From positions 8,402 to 72,401 of the forward strand of contig CAINYB010000007.1 in assembly GCA_903855135.1 (NCBI GenBank): a stretch of DNA of 64,000 bases. Direction: 5' to 3'. A program made the translations under genes and the position numbers. Of this stretch, positions 18,048 to 28,952 are shown piece after piece. The notes under the pieces are model-generated. The model saw nothing but the letters and a program-made list of their open reading frames with translations. It made no database searches and was not told the DNA's origin. Every line of letters begins with the position of its first letter. The stretch's first letter is position 1. The DNA comes from an uncultured bacterium. Lineage in GTDB: Bacteria; Patescibacteriota; Patescibacteriia; UBA1558; GWA2-36-10.

Positions 18048-18359
18048 CTATGCTTGTTCGGCCATAATTTCTTTGACTAAAGGTCGTAATTCAGATCTAT
18101 AAACCACTCGATCGAGTCTTAGCTCTATTCTGTCTAACCTTCCTTCTACCTTATCTAATCTCCCGTCTACTTGATTAAATCTTTCATCTACCTCGTTAAA
18201 TCTTCTATCTACGTCGCTAGCCAAGACAGAAACTGCCTCGGCGACTTCTTGAACTGAACCGGAAAGTTCTTGGACTGAGCCAGAGAGTTTTTGAACTGAA
18301 CCGGAAAGTTCTTGGACTGAGCCCAAGATCTCTTGATTTGTTATTTCACTTTTCTTCAT
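18048..18359 (-). CDS. Small repeat-containing coiled-coil protein
   Basis: Tandem SGSVQELSG repeats x4 and RF/RL-D heptad-like repeats (RFNEVDERFNQVDGRLDKVEGRLDRIELRLDRV); ~27-nt DNA tandem repeats 18240-18340. Confidence 0.4.
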   Translation of the reverse strand: MKKSEITNQEILGSVQELSGSVQKLSGSVQELSGSVQEVAEAVSVLASDVDRRFNEVDERFNQVDGRLDKVEGRLDRIELRLDRVVYRSELRPLVKEIMAEQA

Positions 18360-18410
18360 AGTGTTTTTTGTTAATTATTTATTAAATCCAGTATAAATGA
18401 ATTTAAAATT

Positions 18411-19412
18411 TTAAGCAATATTACCGGCCATATCTACCAAACGATTGGCGTAGCCCCATTCATTATCATACCAAGCAATGACTTTGACCATATTGCCATC
18501 TACTACTTGTGTCAAAGACAAGTCAACGATTGATGAACGTGCATCACCGATAAAGTCTGAAGAAACTACTGGCTTATCGGTCACACCTAAAATATTTACT
18601 AATTCTTTGCTTTTGCTAGCCTTGATCAAAGCGTTATTTACTTGTTGCACGGTAACATTTTTCTTTAATAAAAAAGTAAAGTCAGCTAAAGAAACCACTG
18701 GAGTTGGGACACGAATAGCTAAACCATCAAACAAACCATTGAGCTCTGGTATCACTTGTCCTAAAGCACTTGCTGCACCTGTAGAGGTCGGGATGATATT
18801 TTGTCCAGCTGTTCTGCCACGACGCAAATCTTTGTGTGGACCATCGACTAAAGTCTGATCAGCGGTATAGGAATGAATAGTAGTCATCATGGCTTTTTGA
18901 ATGCCAAAAGTTTTGGATAAAACATGAGCTACCGGTGCGATACAATTAGTCGTGCAAGAAGCATTAGATACTACTGTTTGATTTTTATAAGCTTTGTTAT
19001 TAACACCAATTAAAAAAGTCGGCGTGGCTGCACCTTTAGCTGGAGCAGAAATGATCACTCTTTTAGCACCAGCTTTTAGATGCAAAGCTGCCATTTCACC
19101 CTGAACAAATCTACCAGTACATTCTAGCACCACATCCACACCTAGTTTTTTCCAAGGCAATTTATTTGGCTCTGGCACCGCGGTAATCAAATACTTTTTG
19201 TTATTTACTACGAGATAATTACCAGAGGCTGAAACTTTACCGGGAAATTTACGATAAACAGTATCATATTGTAATAAATAAGCTAAAGTTTCCACTGGCG
19301 CCAAATCATTGATGGCGACTACTTCGTATTTTTTGCTTTTGAGCATGATTTTAAAAGCTGCTCGACCAATGCGACCAAAGCCATTGATACTTACTTTGAT
19401 TTTTTGTGCCAT
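18411..19412 (-). CDS. gap: Glyceraldehyde-3-phosphate dehydrogenase
   Basis: NGFGRIGR NAD-binding N-terminus; SNASCTTNCIAP active-site motif. Confidence 0.9.
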   Translation of the reverse strand: MAQKIKVSINGFGRIGRAAFKIMLKSKKYEVVAINDLAPVETLAYLLQYDTVYRKFPGKVSASGNYLVVNNKKYLITAVPEPNKLPWKKLGVDVVLECTGRFVQGEMAALHLKAGAKRVIISAPAKGAATPTFLIGVNNKAYKNQTVVSNASCTTNCIAPVAHVLSKTFGIQKAMMTTIHSYTADQTLVDGPHKDLRRGRTAGQNIIPTSTGAASALGQVIPELNGLFDGLAIRVPTPVVSLADFTFLLKKNVTVQQVNNALIKASKSKELVNILGVTDKPVVSSDFIGDARSSIVDLSLTQVVDGNMVKVIAWYDNEWGYANRLVDMAGNIA

Positions 19413-19514
19413 AAATATTTATTTAAAAATTACATAAGTATTATAACAAAAAAAGCTGTTTTTGACCAAAAATACAGATTTGCTATTTTTGAAAGATTAA
19501 ATTAAGATAAATTT

Positions 19515-19832
19515 ATGCAAAAATACATTATCCCTATTTTATTTTTCATTATCATAATCACGTTTATAGTGACTATTACACTTAATGTGCTTTCAATTAA
19601 AGATGCTAACAATTTAAGTGCTGAAGACATAGCGTGCGCGAAGCGTGATACCAATATGATTCTGAATAATCCTATTGAACGATTCTTAATTGTAAAAACT
19701 GTTATAGACAAAAAAGAAAGCGATACTCTTTTCACAAGCTCCTACACAATTGCTGGCATCAAGTATGCAACCGTAGAGCTTGTTTGCAATGAAGGTTCAA
19801 AGGTAACCTGGAGAAGATGGTTCGGAGAATAA
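19515..19832 (+). CDS. Small membrane-anchored hypothetical protein
   Basis: 105 aa; N-terminal hydrophobic helix; followed by the palindromic terminator 19866-19890; the opposite-strand ORF 19502..19735 is judged less likely. Confidence 0.3.
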   Translation: MQKYIIPILFFIIIITFIVTITLNVLSIKDANNLSAEDIACAKRDTNMILNNPIERFLIVKTVIDKKESDTLFTSSYTIAGIKYATVELVCNEGSKVTWRRWFGE

Positions 19833-19865
19833 TTTTATTTTCCTGCTAAAAGAAAACTATGCACT

Positions 19866-19895
19866 AAAACCCCGCCGAAGGCGGGGTTTTAAAAT
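19866..19895. terminator. Bidirectional intrinsic terminator
   Basis: aaaaccccgcc-gaag-ggcggggtttt, flanked by an A-run and a T-run, between convergent genes. Confidence 0.55.
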
Positions 19896-19912
19896 ATCTT
19901 TGTTTGAAAAAC

Positions 19913-20776
19913 TTATTTTATTTCTTCAAGGGTGCATTCTACATCTTGCCACTCATCAATTGACTCATCGTCTGCATAATAACTAAGAACAACATATTTA
20001 TCACCAATTTTATTAATCATCGATCTCATACTCTTGTAAATATCAGACATTTTATTGCTATCCCAAACACTAATCACCGCTCGATAAGCTTGGCCACCAT
20101 CTTTTTCAATAAAATTTACTACTGAATTTGGCCAACCATAAGTATCTACCGCGGTTTTATATTTAGCTGGATATTGAATTTGAAAACCATATTGCTTATT
20201 TGTATAAGTTTGCCAACCAGCAATTTTTGGTCTTTCACCTACTGCTGTTAAACCAGAAGCGCTCAAAGTTTCACCAATCGAAATAATTTCTTTCATTCTA
20301 GCTGCAATTTCCTTATTAGCTGGAGCAGCTGAACTACTTCCTAATACAAAAATATACTTACTATTTTTTCCTAAAGCCTTTCTAGGCATACCTGGCAAAC
20401 ATAAACTCTGAATTTCATTCCATTGTATTTCGGTAAACATTGAAATAGTAAATAATTTTTTTTGGTCAGGTAAACCAAAAGCGACTGAAGGAACCATCTT
20501 TTCTCCCGTTATTTCACCTCCTCCAGTCCAATCTCTGGTTGATTTATTAGCTACATAATCTTTCCAAGCCTGTGGAAAAGTTAAACTAAAACCATAAGTT
20601 GGGTCTGTATAAACTATTTTTTGAGTTTGTGCATCTACTTGATCATTTTGATCATTATTCTGATTTAGCTCTGGATTTAAATCTGTGTTTAAATCTCTAT
20701 CATTTTGTTTCTGGCTACAAGCAGTTAAAACAAAAACGCTTAACAAAATTGCACCTAAAGCAATAAATTTTTTCAT
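19913..20776 (-). CDS. Lipoprotein (hypothetical)
   Basis: Signal peptide with lipobox LTAC (MKKFIALGAILLSVFVLTAC). Confidence 0.5.
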   Translation of the reverse strand: MKKFIALGAILLSVFVLTACSQKQNDRDLNTDLNPELNQNNDQNDQVDAQTQKIVYTDPTYGFSLTFPQAWKDYVANKSTRDWTGGGEITGEKMVPSVAFGLPDQKKLFTISMFTEIQWNEIQSLCLPGMPRKALGKNSKYIFVLGSSSAAPANKEIAARMKEIISIGETLSASGLTAVGERPKIAGWQTYTNKQYGFQIQYPAKYKTAVDTYGWPNSVVNFIEKDGGQAYRAVISVWDSNKMSDIYKSMRSMINKIGDKYVVLSYYADDESIDEWQDVECTLEEIK

Positions 20777-20822
20777 ACTATTTTACTTAAAAAAAATTAA
20801 AACTATTTAAAATATAACACGG

Positions 20823-21668
20823 CTATTCAACTTTTGTTATTTCACAATTTTTTTCACAAATTCTACCTTGTAAATACGGATACTCCACTCGAGCACCGTC
20901 AATATCTAGCTCAACAGTTTGTTTCAAAGTATGGACTTCGGTAACACGACCCATACCTGCACCGGTTTTGATTCTGTCACCGACTTTTGGTAATTTATCT
21001 AAACCATATTTATAAGCCTCCTCTTCATATCTTAAACAACACTTCAAGCGTCCACAAGCGCCAGATAATCTTTCATTACCACGATGCATCAAATCTTGAT
21101 CTTTGATATATTCTGCATTGACGCTACCCAAAACTTTGAGCCAATTTTTGCAACAAAGTGGCAAACCACAAGGACCATAGTCCCCGTCTATTTTGGCTTC
21201 ATCGCGAACACCGATTTGTTGTAAACGAATTTTTTTATGAAAAACTTTGCCTAAATCTTTGACCAAATCTCTAAAATCCACTCGATTGTCAGCCGTAAAA
21301 TAAAAAGTCAAACGTTGGCTATCAAAACTTTCTGCGACATCGACAACTTTTAGTTTTAAACTATATTGTTTAGCTACTTCTTCGATTTGCTTTAAATAAG
21401 TACTATATTGAGAAGACTTTTTGACCATCGCTACTTCATCGTCGGCCGTGGCTGGCCTCAACATAGTTTTGAGATCGGCTGGCAAATCTTTGGACTCCAT
21501 ATCACGTATTGCGATCACTGTGCCTAAATCAAGACCTAATTCTGTTTCTATCAAAACCTTTTCTCCAGCTTTTAAATCTGAAATTTTAAAATCTGGCACT
21601 TGAGAAAACTCTGGTAAAAAGTAATATTCTCGATCGGCTATATGAAATTGAACTTTGGCTATTTTCAT
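20823..21668 (-). CDS. PSP1 C-terminal domain protein, RicT/YaaT-like
   Basis: Strong similarity pattern to B. subtilis YaaT: FYFTADNRVDFRDLVKDL, LQQIGVRDEAK, GPCGLPLCC, LSGACGRLKCCLRYE; start moved to MKIAKV. Confidence 0.65.
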   Translation of the reverse strand: MKIAKVQFHIADREYYFLPEFSQVPDFKISDLKAGEKVLIETELGLDLGTVIAIRDMESKDLPADLKTMLRPATADDEVAMVKKSSQYSTYLKQIEEVAKQYSLKLKVVDVAESFDSQRLTFYFTADNRVDFRDLVKDLGKVFHKKIRLQQIGVRDEAKIDGDYGPCGLPLCCKNWLKVLGSVNAEYIKDQDLMHRGNERLSGACGRLKCCLRYEEEAYKYGLDKLPKVGDRIKTGAGMGRVTEVHTLKQTVELDIDGARVEYPYLQGRICEKNCEITKVE

Positions 21669-21830
21669 AAAAAATTTAACAATTAGTCTGATTATGACAG
21701 TAAAAGTTAAAAAAATCAAGTTAAAAAATACTACATTTTCCTTCCCCGTAGGGGGAGGAAATTAAATATAAAACAAAAATACCCCTGCTCCCCGCTTTCG
21801 CGGGGATGACAAGGGTATTTTAAAATGTTT

Positions 21831-22607
21831 TTATAAACTATAGTAAGCGAATTTTTCTAAACTAGCATTATTTTCTTGAAGCAACTTTTCAATAGATTTT
21901 TTATCATCTTTGATAAAGGCTTGTTTGACTAAACATACTTCAGTATAAAACTTTTCTATTTTACCGATCATGATTTTTTCTAACATCGCTTCTGGTTTTC
22001 CTTCAGCCTTTAATTGCTCGGCATAAATTTCTTTTTCTTTGGCTAAAACTTCTGGCTCTACCTCTTCTGGTTTCAAGTATCTTGGCGCCATAGCGGCAAT
22101 ATGCATCGCCACATCATTAGCTAAATTTTGATCGCCGCCTTTTAATAAGGCTACACCAACTACTTTTTTATTGGAGTGCAAATAGCTACCGATGTTTTCG
22201 CCTGTAAAAATAGCATATCTGCCTAAAACTAAATTTTCACCAATTTTGACAATCAACTGATTAGTAATTTCATTGTTAGCCCAAGTAGCAAATTCTGTTT
22301 CTCCTAATTCTAATAATTTTTTAGCAAAATCATTAACAGCTTGAATAAAGTCTGGATTACGACCAACAAAATCAGTTTCACAGTTAAGCTCTACGACAGC
22401 TAATTTATCATCAGCTTTAGCAATAGCCATCACCCCTTCTTTGACGACACGATCAGCCTTTTTAGCAGCTGTCTTTGCACCAGCTTTACGTAAAATTTCA
22501 ATCGCTAAAGTTTCATCACCGTTAGCTTCAGTCAAAGCTTTATTGACATCCACCATGCCGGATCCGGTTATTTGTCTAATTTTTTTTACTAATTCTAAAT
22601 TTGACAT
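21831..22607 (-). CDS. tsf: Elongation factor Ts
   Basis: N-terminal UBA-like ELVKKIRQITGSGMVDVNKAL; dimerisation core; downstream of rpsB. Confidence 0.9.
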   Translation of the reverse strand: MSNLELVKKIRQITGSGMVDVNKALTEANGDETLAIEILRKAGAKTAAKKADRVVKEGVMAIAKADDKLAVVELNCETDFVGRNPDFIQAVNDFAKKLLELGETEFATWANNEITNQLIVKIGENLVLGRYAIFTGENIGSYLHSNKKVVGVALLKGGDQNLANDVAMHIAAMAPRYLKPEEVEPEVLAKEKEIYAEQLKAEGKPEAMLEKIMIGKIEKFYTEVCLVKQAFIKDDKKSIEKLLQENNASLEKFAYYSL

Positions 22608-22639
22608 ATTTTTGTTTGTTTAATTTCATAATTCACTTT

Positions 22640-22723
22640 GTCACTCTGTCTTCGACTCCGAGATCGCTCAGACTCGAGAAGAATTTATTTCAGGGTCTGA
22701 TTCTGAAACAAGTTCAGAATGAC
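22640..22723. repeat. R1 repeat element copy 1 (~85 nt) in the rpsB-tsf spacer
   Basis: Near-identical to 57090-57174 (about 3 differences). Confidence 0.7.
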
Positions 22724-22726
22724 TTT

Positions 22727-23410
22727 TTATTTTTTGACAGTTTTGACTGCTTCGGCTACCAAGTTGCTGATGACTTCGATAGATTTTACCGCATCATCAT
22801 TAGCTGGGATAGCATATTGGACGAGTTCTGGATTGACATTGGTATCAGTCAAAGCAATGATTGGGATATGCATCTTGTTAGCTTCAGCGACCGCTGTTTT
22901 TTCTTTTTTGATATCGACTACAAAGATAGCTTGTGGTAAACGCTTCATCATCTTGATACCGCCGACTGTGTCTTGCAATTTATCTAATTGCTTAGACATG
23001 GTCACTTGTTCTTTTTTGATGTAGCGATCCCAAGTACCATCTTCTCTACCTTTTTCTAAAGACTCTAATTTTCTGGTCAAACTAACGATGTTATCAAAAT
23101 TGGTAAAAGTACCACCTAGCCAACGTCCGATAATATATGGCATTTGGCAAGAATCAGCAGCCGCTTTCACTACTTCTTTGGCTTGTTTTTTAGAGCCAAT
23201 GAATAAAATCATACCACCCTTCTCTACTGTCTTAGTGACAAAATTTAAAGCTTCGTCTAACTTTTCCACAGTTTTCTCTAAATCAATGACATGAACGCCA
23301 TTTCTTTTAGAAAAAATAAAAGGGATCATCTTTGGATGTCTCTTAGAGGTCTTGTGACCAAAATGTACGCCTTTCTTCAAAAGCTCTTCTAAACTTGGTA
23401 AATTTGACAT
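22727..23410 (-). CDS. rpsB: 30S ribosomal protein S2
   Basis: GVHFGHKTSKRHPKM and the S2 core. Confidence 0.9.
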   Translation of the reverse strand: MSNLPSLEELLKKGVHFGHKTSKRHPKMIPFIFSKRNGVHVIDLEKTVEKLDEALNFVTKTVEKGGMILFIGSKKQAKEVVKAAADSCQMPYIIGRWLGGTFTNFDNIVSLTRKLESLEKGREDGTWDRYIKKEQVTMSKQLDKLQDTVGGIKMMKRLPQAIFVVDIKKEKTAVAEANKMHIPIIALTDTNVNPELVQYAIPANDDAVKSIEVISNLVAEAVKTVKK

Positions 23411-23672
23411 ATTGTTTCCTTTCTTTTTCCCCTCCCCGCGTAGGCGGGGATCCGGGAAATACCCGCATTTTCGCTTATTTAGCCTATCCGGCGTATGTCG
23501 GACAAGGAGGCTAAAAGACTAGAAAATGCTTGTGATTATTGATTAATTTAATAAAGTAGCCATAATTTAACATAAAATTTCAAAAAAAGCAAGACTTTGC
23601 TAAAATACAGGCTATATTGACTTCTGTGAAAAATAATGCTATTGTAGGCAAGCATTTATAAAAAATTATTCT

Positions 23673-23987
23673 ATGAAAAAAGATATCCATCCAAAGTATT
23701 ATAAAGACGCCAAGATCATTTGTGTTTGTGGCAATGTTTTAACTGTTGGTTCAACCCAAGCAGAAACGCATACAGAAATCTGTTCTGCTTGCCACCCTTT
23801 TTATACTGGTAAAGAAAAACTAGTTGACACTGCTGGCCGTGTTGATCGCTTTAAGAAAAAGCAAGAATTACAAACCAAAACTAGCGCTATCCGTAAAGGT
23901 AAGGCTGATAAGAAAAAACGTGCTGTGGTACGTAAGGTAGAAAAAGAAAAAGCCAAAATTAAAGCCGAATTAAAAGCTAATAAATAG
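23673..23987 (+). CDS. rpmE: 50S ribosomal protein L31 with Lys-rich C-terminal extension
   Basis: CVCG...[10 protein letters not shown] zinc-ribbon L31 signature. Confidence 0.85.
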   Translation: MKKDIHPKYYKDAKIICVCGNVLTVGSTQAETHTEICSACHPFYTGKEKLVDTAGRVDRFKKKQELQTKTSAIRKGKADKKKRAVVRKVEKEKAKIKAELKANK

Positions 23988-24206
23988 CTATTCTTAAATA
24001 ACAAAAAATCCTAACCAAAATATATCTTCTTTTTTCTTCCCGCGTCGCGGGAAGAAATATAGACAGATTAAAAAGGTAGGATTTTTTGTTTAGCTGAAAT
24101 TTTGCTATACTTGAAGTGATTATTGAACTTCCGCTTACGCGGGAATAGTAAATAAAAATATATGACCCTCCTCCACCGCTAGGCGGAGGAAGATAAAATA
24201 AATTTT

Positions 24207-25256
24207 ATGGAAAATGAACTAGAACAATTAAAAGTCAAAGTAGCCGAGTTAGAAAACGAAATGCAAAAAAGCGAAATAGTTTCTGACTCCAAAAAAATGT
24301 CTGTTTTGGCAAAAGAATATACTACTCAAAAAAACTTATTGACCGCCAAAGAAAATATTTTGCGTTTACAAAATGAATTAGCTGAGGCCAATGACTTATT
24401 GAACAAAGAAAAAGATGTTGCTATGCTCGAAATGACAGAGCTGGAAATTTTTAGTTTAAACGAAAAGTTGAAAGAGGAAGAAGAAAAACTCGCTGACCTT
24501 TTGCATCCGCAAGATCCAAATGATCACAAAAATATTATCATCGAAATCCGCGCTGGTACTGGTGGTGATGAATCTGGTTTATTTGCCGCTGATTTATTTC
24601 GGATGTACTCAAGATTTGCAGAAAAATTAAATTTTAAAATAAAAATCCTCTCCCAAAGTCGGACTGAGCTTGGTGGACTAAAAGAAATCGTAGCCGAAAT
24701 CAATGGCGAAAATGTTTATAAAATTTTTAAATTTGAAAGTGGCGTGCACCGTGTCCAGCGTGTACCAGAGACAGAAAAAGCTGGTCGCGTCCACACTTCC
24801 GCTGCGACAGTGGCTGTCTTGCCAGAAGCTGAAGAAATCGATTTAGTGATCGAGCCAAAAGACTTACGCATCGATACTTTCATGGCTTCAGGCAATGGTG
24901 GTCAGTCAGTCAATACCACTTATTCAGCCGTACGCATCACTCATCTACCTACTAATACCGTGGTCAGTTGCCAAGATGAAAAATCCCAAACCCAAAATCG
25001 CTTAAAAGCCATGCAGATTTTACGCTCCCGTATTTTAGCTGAATTAGAAGCCAAAAAACAAGCAGCCGAATCAGCTACTAGAAAAAGTCAAATCGGCTCA
25101 GGCGATAGAAGTGAAAAAATCAGAACTTATAATTTTCCTCAAGATAGGCTGACTGATCATCGTATCAAATTGACTGTTCATAATTTGAGCCAAATCATGG
25201 AGGGTGAACTAATGCCCATCATCAAAGCTTTACAAATCGCTGAACGTCAAGCATGA
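24207..25256 (+). CDS. prfA: Peptide chain release factor 1
   Basis: GGQ motif ([10 protein letters not shown]); RF1-type tripeptide region RVPETE (PxT); no frameshift site. Confidence 0.85.
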   Translation: MENELEQLKVKVAELENEMQKSEIVSDSKKMSVLAKEYTTQKNLLTAKENILRLQNELAEANDLLNKEKDVAMLEMTELEIFSLNEKLKEEEEKLADLLHPQDPNDHKNIIIEIRAGTGGDESGLFAADLFRMYSRFAEKLNFKIKILSQSRTELGGLKEIVAEINGENVYKIFKFESGVHRVQRVPETEKAGRVHTSAATVAVLPEAEEIDLVIEPKDLRIDTFMASGNGGQSVNTTYSAVRITHLPTNTVVSCQDEKSQTQNRLKAMQILRSRILAELEAKKQAAESATRKSQIGSGDRSEKIRTYNFPQDRLTDHRIKLTVHNLSQIMEGELMPIIKALQIAERQA

Positions 25257-26086
25257 CTTTAAAAGAATTACAACAAAATACTTACGCTAAAAATATTATC
25301 GACTCTACTGAAGTCGATAGTGTTTTAAGTATCGCTTTACACAAAAATTTAGAATATCTCTATAAACATCCTGATAAAAAAATCAGTTTAGGCACACAAA
25401 AAAAATTTGCTAAACTGATTAAATTACGTTTGCAAAATTGGCCCGTAGCCTATTTACGAAAAAATAAAGATTTTTTTGGTTTAAATTTTATCGTCAATAA
25501 ACACACTCTTATCCCCCGTCCAGATAGCGAGCTTTTAGTCGAAGAAGCTTTGAAATTCTTGAATAACTCCGCCCTTCGGGCGGAGTTAGAATCTACGAAA
25601 ATATTAGATATGGGTACCGGCTCTGGCTGTTTGATTATTAGCTTAGCCAAAAATAGTCAGGCTAAATTTTTTGCCAGTGATATTAAAAAGGCTGCTTTAA
25701 AAGTAGCTAGACTGAATGCCAGAAAGCACCAAGTAAAAATAACTTTTTATTTAAGTAATTTATTTAAAAAAATACCGGAGCAAAAATTTACTTTAATTTT
25801 AGCTAATTTACCTTATTTAAATAAAGACCAAATGCGCGAGCCAAGCATTAGTCGCGAACCAAAATCTGCTTTGTTTAGTCAAAACAATGGCTTAAAACAT
25901 TATGAAAAATTTTTACAACAAGTAAAAAATTATTTAGCCGAAAAATATTTAATTTTATTAGAAATTGACCCTCAACAAAGTGAAGCTATAAAAACTTTAA
26001 GCAAAAAATATCTACCTGAAAGCCAAGTAGATATTTTGCCAGATATAAATAAGCTTGACCGCGTCGTCAAAATTTCACTTGGCTAA
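25253..26086 (+). CDS. prmC: Release factor glutamine N5-methyltransferase
   Basis: 4-nt overlap with prfA; SAM motif DMGTGSGCL; NLPY (NPPY-like) motif. Confidence 0.8.
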   Translation: MTLKELQQNTYAKNIIDSTEVDSVLSIALHKNLEYLYKHPDKKISLGTQKKFAKLIKLRLQNWPVAYLRKNKDFFGLNFIVNKHTLIPRPDSELLVEEALKFLNNSALRAELESTKILDMGTGSGCLIISLAKNSQAKFFASDIKKAALKVARLNARKHQVKITFYLSNLFKKIPEQKFTLILANLPYLNKDQMREPSISREPKSALFSQNNGLKHYEKFLQQVKNYLAEKYLILLEIDPQQSEAIKTLSKKYLPESQVDILPDINKLDRVVKISLG

Positions 26087-27098
26087 TATCCTCGACAATT
26101 TCCACCCAAGTCGTACCCGCTAATAGCTCTAATGGCTTATTATTAGCGTCAAAAAACTGGGTACGGCCATCAACTAGTTTCCACTTACCCTCTTGGACGC
26201 CAATTTTATTAAACACTAAAGCTTTGCCACCGCTCTTTAAGTCAATCGCGCGACGCTCTTTGTCGATCAAGGAATGCTTAGCTACTTGGATGATGACATT
26301 GGTGGCTCGTACCGTAGCGTTTTGATCAGTCAATTTTTTTACCCCATCCTGCCAACGTTGATAAACATTGGCGTCATAATCATAGCGCCAATCCACTTGA
26401 TAATGCTCACTAGAAAAATCTACGGTGATTTGTGCCTTAGCGGTCCCGAAAATAGTGGCTTTTACAAAATTCCAGGCTTGAAAATCTGTTTTTAAATTTG
26501 CCACTTCTTTTTTCTCGGCTAGCTTCAAAATATTTTCTTCACTAGTAAAAACATTATGTGGCTCGTCATATTCTTCATCACGCCAAAAATATTTACCATT
26601 CGCACTCATTTCATCTAAAGCAAAAAAATCATAGTCTGCTATTTTAGCTAAGGCTTGTGGACTACCACCAACGTGAGCAAACACACCTCCGTACTCTTGA
26701 GCTAAATCTAAAAAATATTCTCGAGCTGAACGCACCGGTCCGATGCGCTCTACTTTGATATCACTACTAAAAACTGCTAGCAAACGAGTGATATTACTTT
26801 CGGCCAGTGCTTCATAGACTACGCTCGCTTGATTTAAACCAGACTGTGAATCTAAGTCATACCCATTATCTATCATCGCACTAAAAGCCAAAAAATTATT
26901 AGTAGCCTTTTGATCAGCTAAAAGCTGGCCATTTAAAACTTGGGGATAAAGCAGCTTCTCTACTGGCACGGGCTCTGTATTTTGTACTGTAATTTTTTGG
27001 GGCCAAAAATATTTGGCTAATAATGCAATCAATAAAATAACGACCAAAAAAAAGGCCGCTATTAAAAAAATTTCTTTATTTAATTTTTTTGTTTTCAT
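26067..27098 (-). CDS. Membrane-anchored hypothetical protein (DUF3048/YerB-like?)
   Basis: N-terminal TM anchor; GPVRSAREYF block. Confidence 0.35.
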   Translation of the reverse strand: MKTKKLNKEIFLIAAFFLVVILLIALLAKYFWPQKITVQNTEPVPVEKLLYPQVLNGQLLADQKATNNFLAFSAMIDNGYDLDSQSGLNQASVVYEALAESNITRLLAVFSSDIKVERIGPVRSAREYFLDLAQEYGGVFAHVGGSPQALAKIADYDFFALDEMSANGKYFWRDEEYDEPHNVFTSEENILKLAEKKEVANLKTDFQAWNFVKATIFGTAKAQITVDFSSEHYQVDWRYDYDANVYQRWQDGVKKLTDQNATVRATNVIIQVAKHSLIDKERRAIDLKSGGKALVFNKIGVQEGKWKLVDGRTQFFDANNKPLELLAGTTWVEIVEDISQVKF

Positions 27099-27120
27099 TT
27101 TAAAAAGCTAAAAAGCGAAC

Positions 27121-27777
27121 TTATTTTTTGGCTTTCTTTTCTGGAGCTTTCTTTTCAGCAGCAGCTGGAGTAGCAGCAGCTGGAGTAGCAGCAGTAGCTG
27201 TAGCTTCAGGACCACGCATTTTCTTTGGTAGAGCGACAGAGACTACTGGATCAGTAGCATTAGTTAAAATTTTCACATCTTTAGAAACTGGAATATCTTT
27301 GACCAAAATGGTTTTACCCATTTCATCTAATAAGGCTAAATCAATCTCTAAAACACTTGGTAAATCTTTTGGTAAACACTTGACTTTAACTTGAGTGTTT
27401 TTAGTTTCAAGTCTGCCACCTTGTTCTTTAACAGCCTTAGAAACACCAACAAAAGTCAAAGGCACGATAGTGGTGACTGGAGATTTTTCATCAATTGCCC
27501 AAAAATCAATATGAATCAAACGATCAGTGACTGGATCTTGTTGCCAGGATCTAGCTAGAACTTTAGTAGCTTTGCCATCGACATCTAAAACAATCAAATG
27601 ACTAGTACCAGCTTTAATCAAAACCTTTAAAAGTTCGTTGTAATCAATGGCAACGTTTTGGTTTTCGAAATTATTACCATAAATAACACCAGGCACTTGG
27701 GAAGCTGTTCTTAAATCAGCTAATTGACTATGGCTCTCGTTTTTACGAGTAATGGCTTTTAGTGAAAATTCGGACAT
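27121..27777 (-). CDS. rplY: 50S ribosomal protein L25 / general stress protein Ctc
   Basis: N-terminal L25 domain (RTASQVPGVIYG); Ala/Pro-rich low-complexity C-terminal tail. Confidence 0.75.
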   Translation of the reverse strand: MSEFSLKAITRKNESHSQLADLRTASQVPGVIYGNNFENQNVAIDYNELLKVLIKAGTSHLIVLDVDGKATKVLARSWQQDPVTDRLIHIDFWAIDEKSPVTTIVPLTFVGVSKAVKEQGGRLETKNTQVKVKCLPKDLPSVLEIDLALLDEMGKTILVKDIPVSKDVKILTNATDPVVSVALPKKMRGPEATATAATPAAATPAAAEKKAPEKKAKK

Positions 27778-27860
27778 ATTTTTGTTCGCTCCGGCGGATG
27801 CCGGATAAATATTTAATCTATAATGAAGTGGCTATATTTAAGCACAAATAAAAACTGTTG

Positions 27861-28952
27861 TCAACTAGACCGGACTTTGATATTCTCGGCTATTCCCAAG
27901 GCGATCATAATCGCCCATAAGCTACTACCACCAGCCGAAAGCAAGGGCAAAGGAATACCGGTCACCGGGGAAATGCCCATGTTCATGCCAATGTTGATAA
28001 ACATTTGTACCAAAATCATACCTACAAAGCCTAAAATCAAATAGGCGGCAAAATTATCTTGAGCTCTGCGCATGATCAAAATCAAACGGTAAAAAATAAA
28101 ACCAAATAAAGCCAAGACAAAAGCCACTCCCACAAAACCCAACTCTTCAGCAATGACTGCAAAAATAAAATCAGTGCCCGGCTCTGGCAAAAAGTTTAAA
28201 CTACTCTGCGAGCCAAGGGCTAATCCCCGACCAAAAAACTGACCAGAACCAACCGCTACCATGGATTGGATAACATTATAGCCCGAGCCAGATGGATCTA
28301 AGCTAGGATTAATAAAAGTCAAAATTCTATTTTTTTGATAATCTTTTAAGACAAAGAGCCAAGCACCAGCCACCGTCACTAAAAAAATACTTAATAAAAT
28401 CAAAAAATGTTTTTTAGTAATGCCAGTAAATAGCAACATCACTGCCCAGGTGCCAAGCAAAACTAGTGAAGAACCTAAGTCTGGCTGTAACATGATCAAA
28501 GCCACGAAAAATAAAGTAGCCAAGCCCGACCAGAAAATATGCCGAAACATTTTAAACTCATTGGCATAAGTCGAAAAATAGCGGGCTAAAAAAAAGACCA
28601 AAGCTATTTTAGCAAACTCCACTGGCTGTAAACTCAAAGGTCCTAGACGCAACCAACCAGTCGTACCTTTGATTTGCGAGCCTAAAAATAAAACCAGTAC
28701 TAAAACACCAGTAAAAAAAATATAAACCACTTTAGAGTAAGTGGACCAAAAACTATAATTAATATTGGCAAACAAAAAAAACAAACCCAAGCCTGATAAA
28801 GCAAAAAAGATTTGTTTTTTAAAAGTAAGAAAATCGCTATCAACGATATTTAAATTTAAACTATACAAAATACTAGCGCTGATAAACAGCAAAAATAAAA
28901 TCGCTAAAAATAAAAGCCAATCCAAACGACGTAAAGTGGCTAAATCTCTCAT
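27861..28952 (-). CDS. SEDS family peptidoglycan glycosyltransferase (FtsW/RodA)
   Basis: 10-TM profile; conserved VAVGSGQFFGRGL and PEPGTDFIFAVIAEELGFVG blocks. Confidence 0.8.
   Translation of the reverse strand: MRDLATLRRLDWLLFLAILFLLFISASILYSLNLNIVDSDFLTFKKQIFFALSGLGLFFLFANINYSFWSTYSKVVYIFFTGVLVLVLFLGSQIKGTTGWLRLGPLSLQPVEFAKIALVFFLARYFSTYANEFKMFRHIFWSGLATLFFVALIMLQPDLGSSLVLLGTWAVMLLFTGITKKHFLILLSIFLVTVAGAWLFVLKDYQKNRILTFINPSLDPSGSGYNVIQSMVAVGSGQFFGRGLALGSQSSLNFLPEPGTDFIFAVIAEELGFVGVAFVLALFGFIFYRLILIMRRAQDNFAAYLILGFVGMILVQMFINIGMNMGISPVTGIPLPLLSAGGSSLWAIMIALGIAENIKVRSS

Noticed and set aside
23411-23672. Possible rpsB autoregulatory leader structure (hairpins ccccgc-gtag-gcgggg and ccggcg-tatg-tcggac)
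   Set aside because: These hairpins match the generic GC stem-loop family seen at most operon boundaries here. There is no specific similarity to known rpsB leaders that I can verify by eye.
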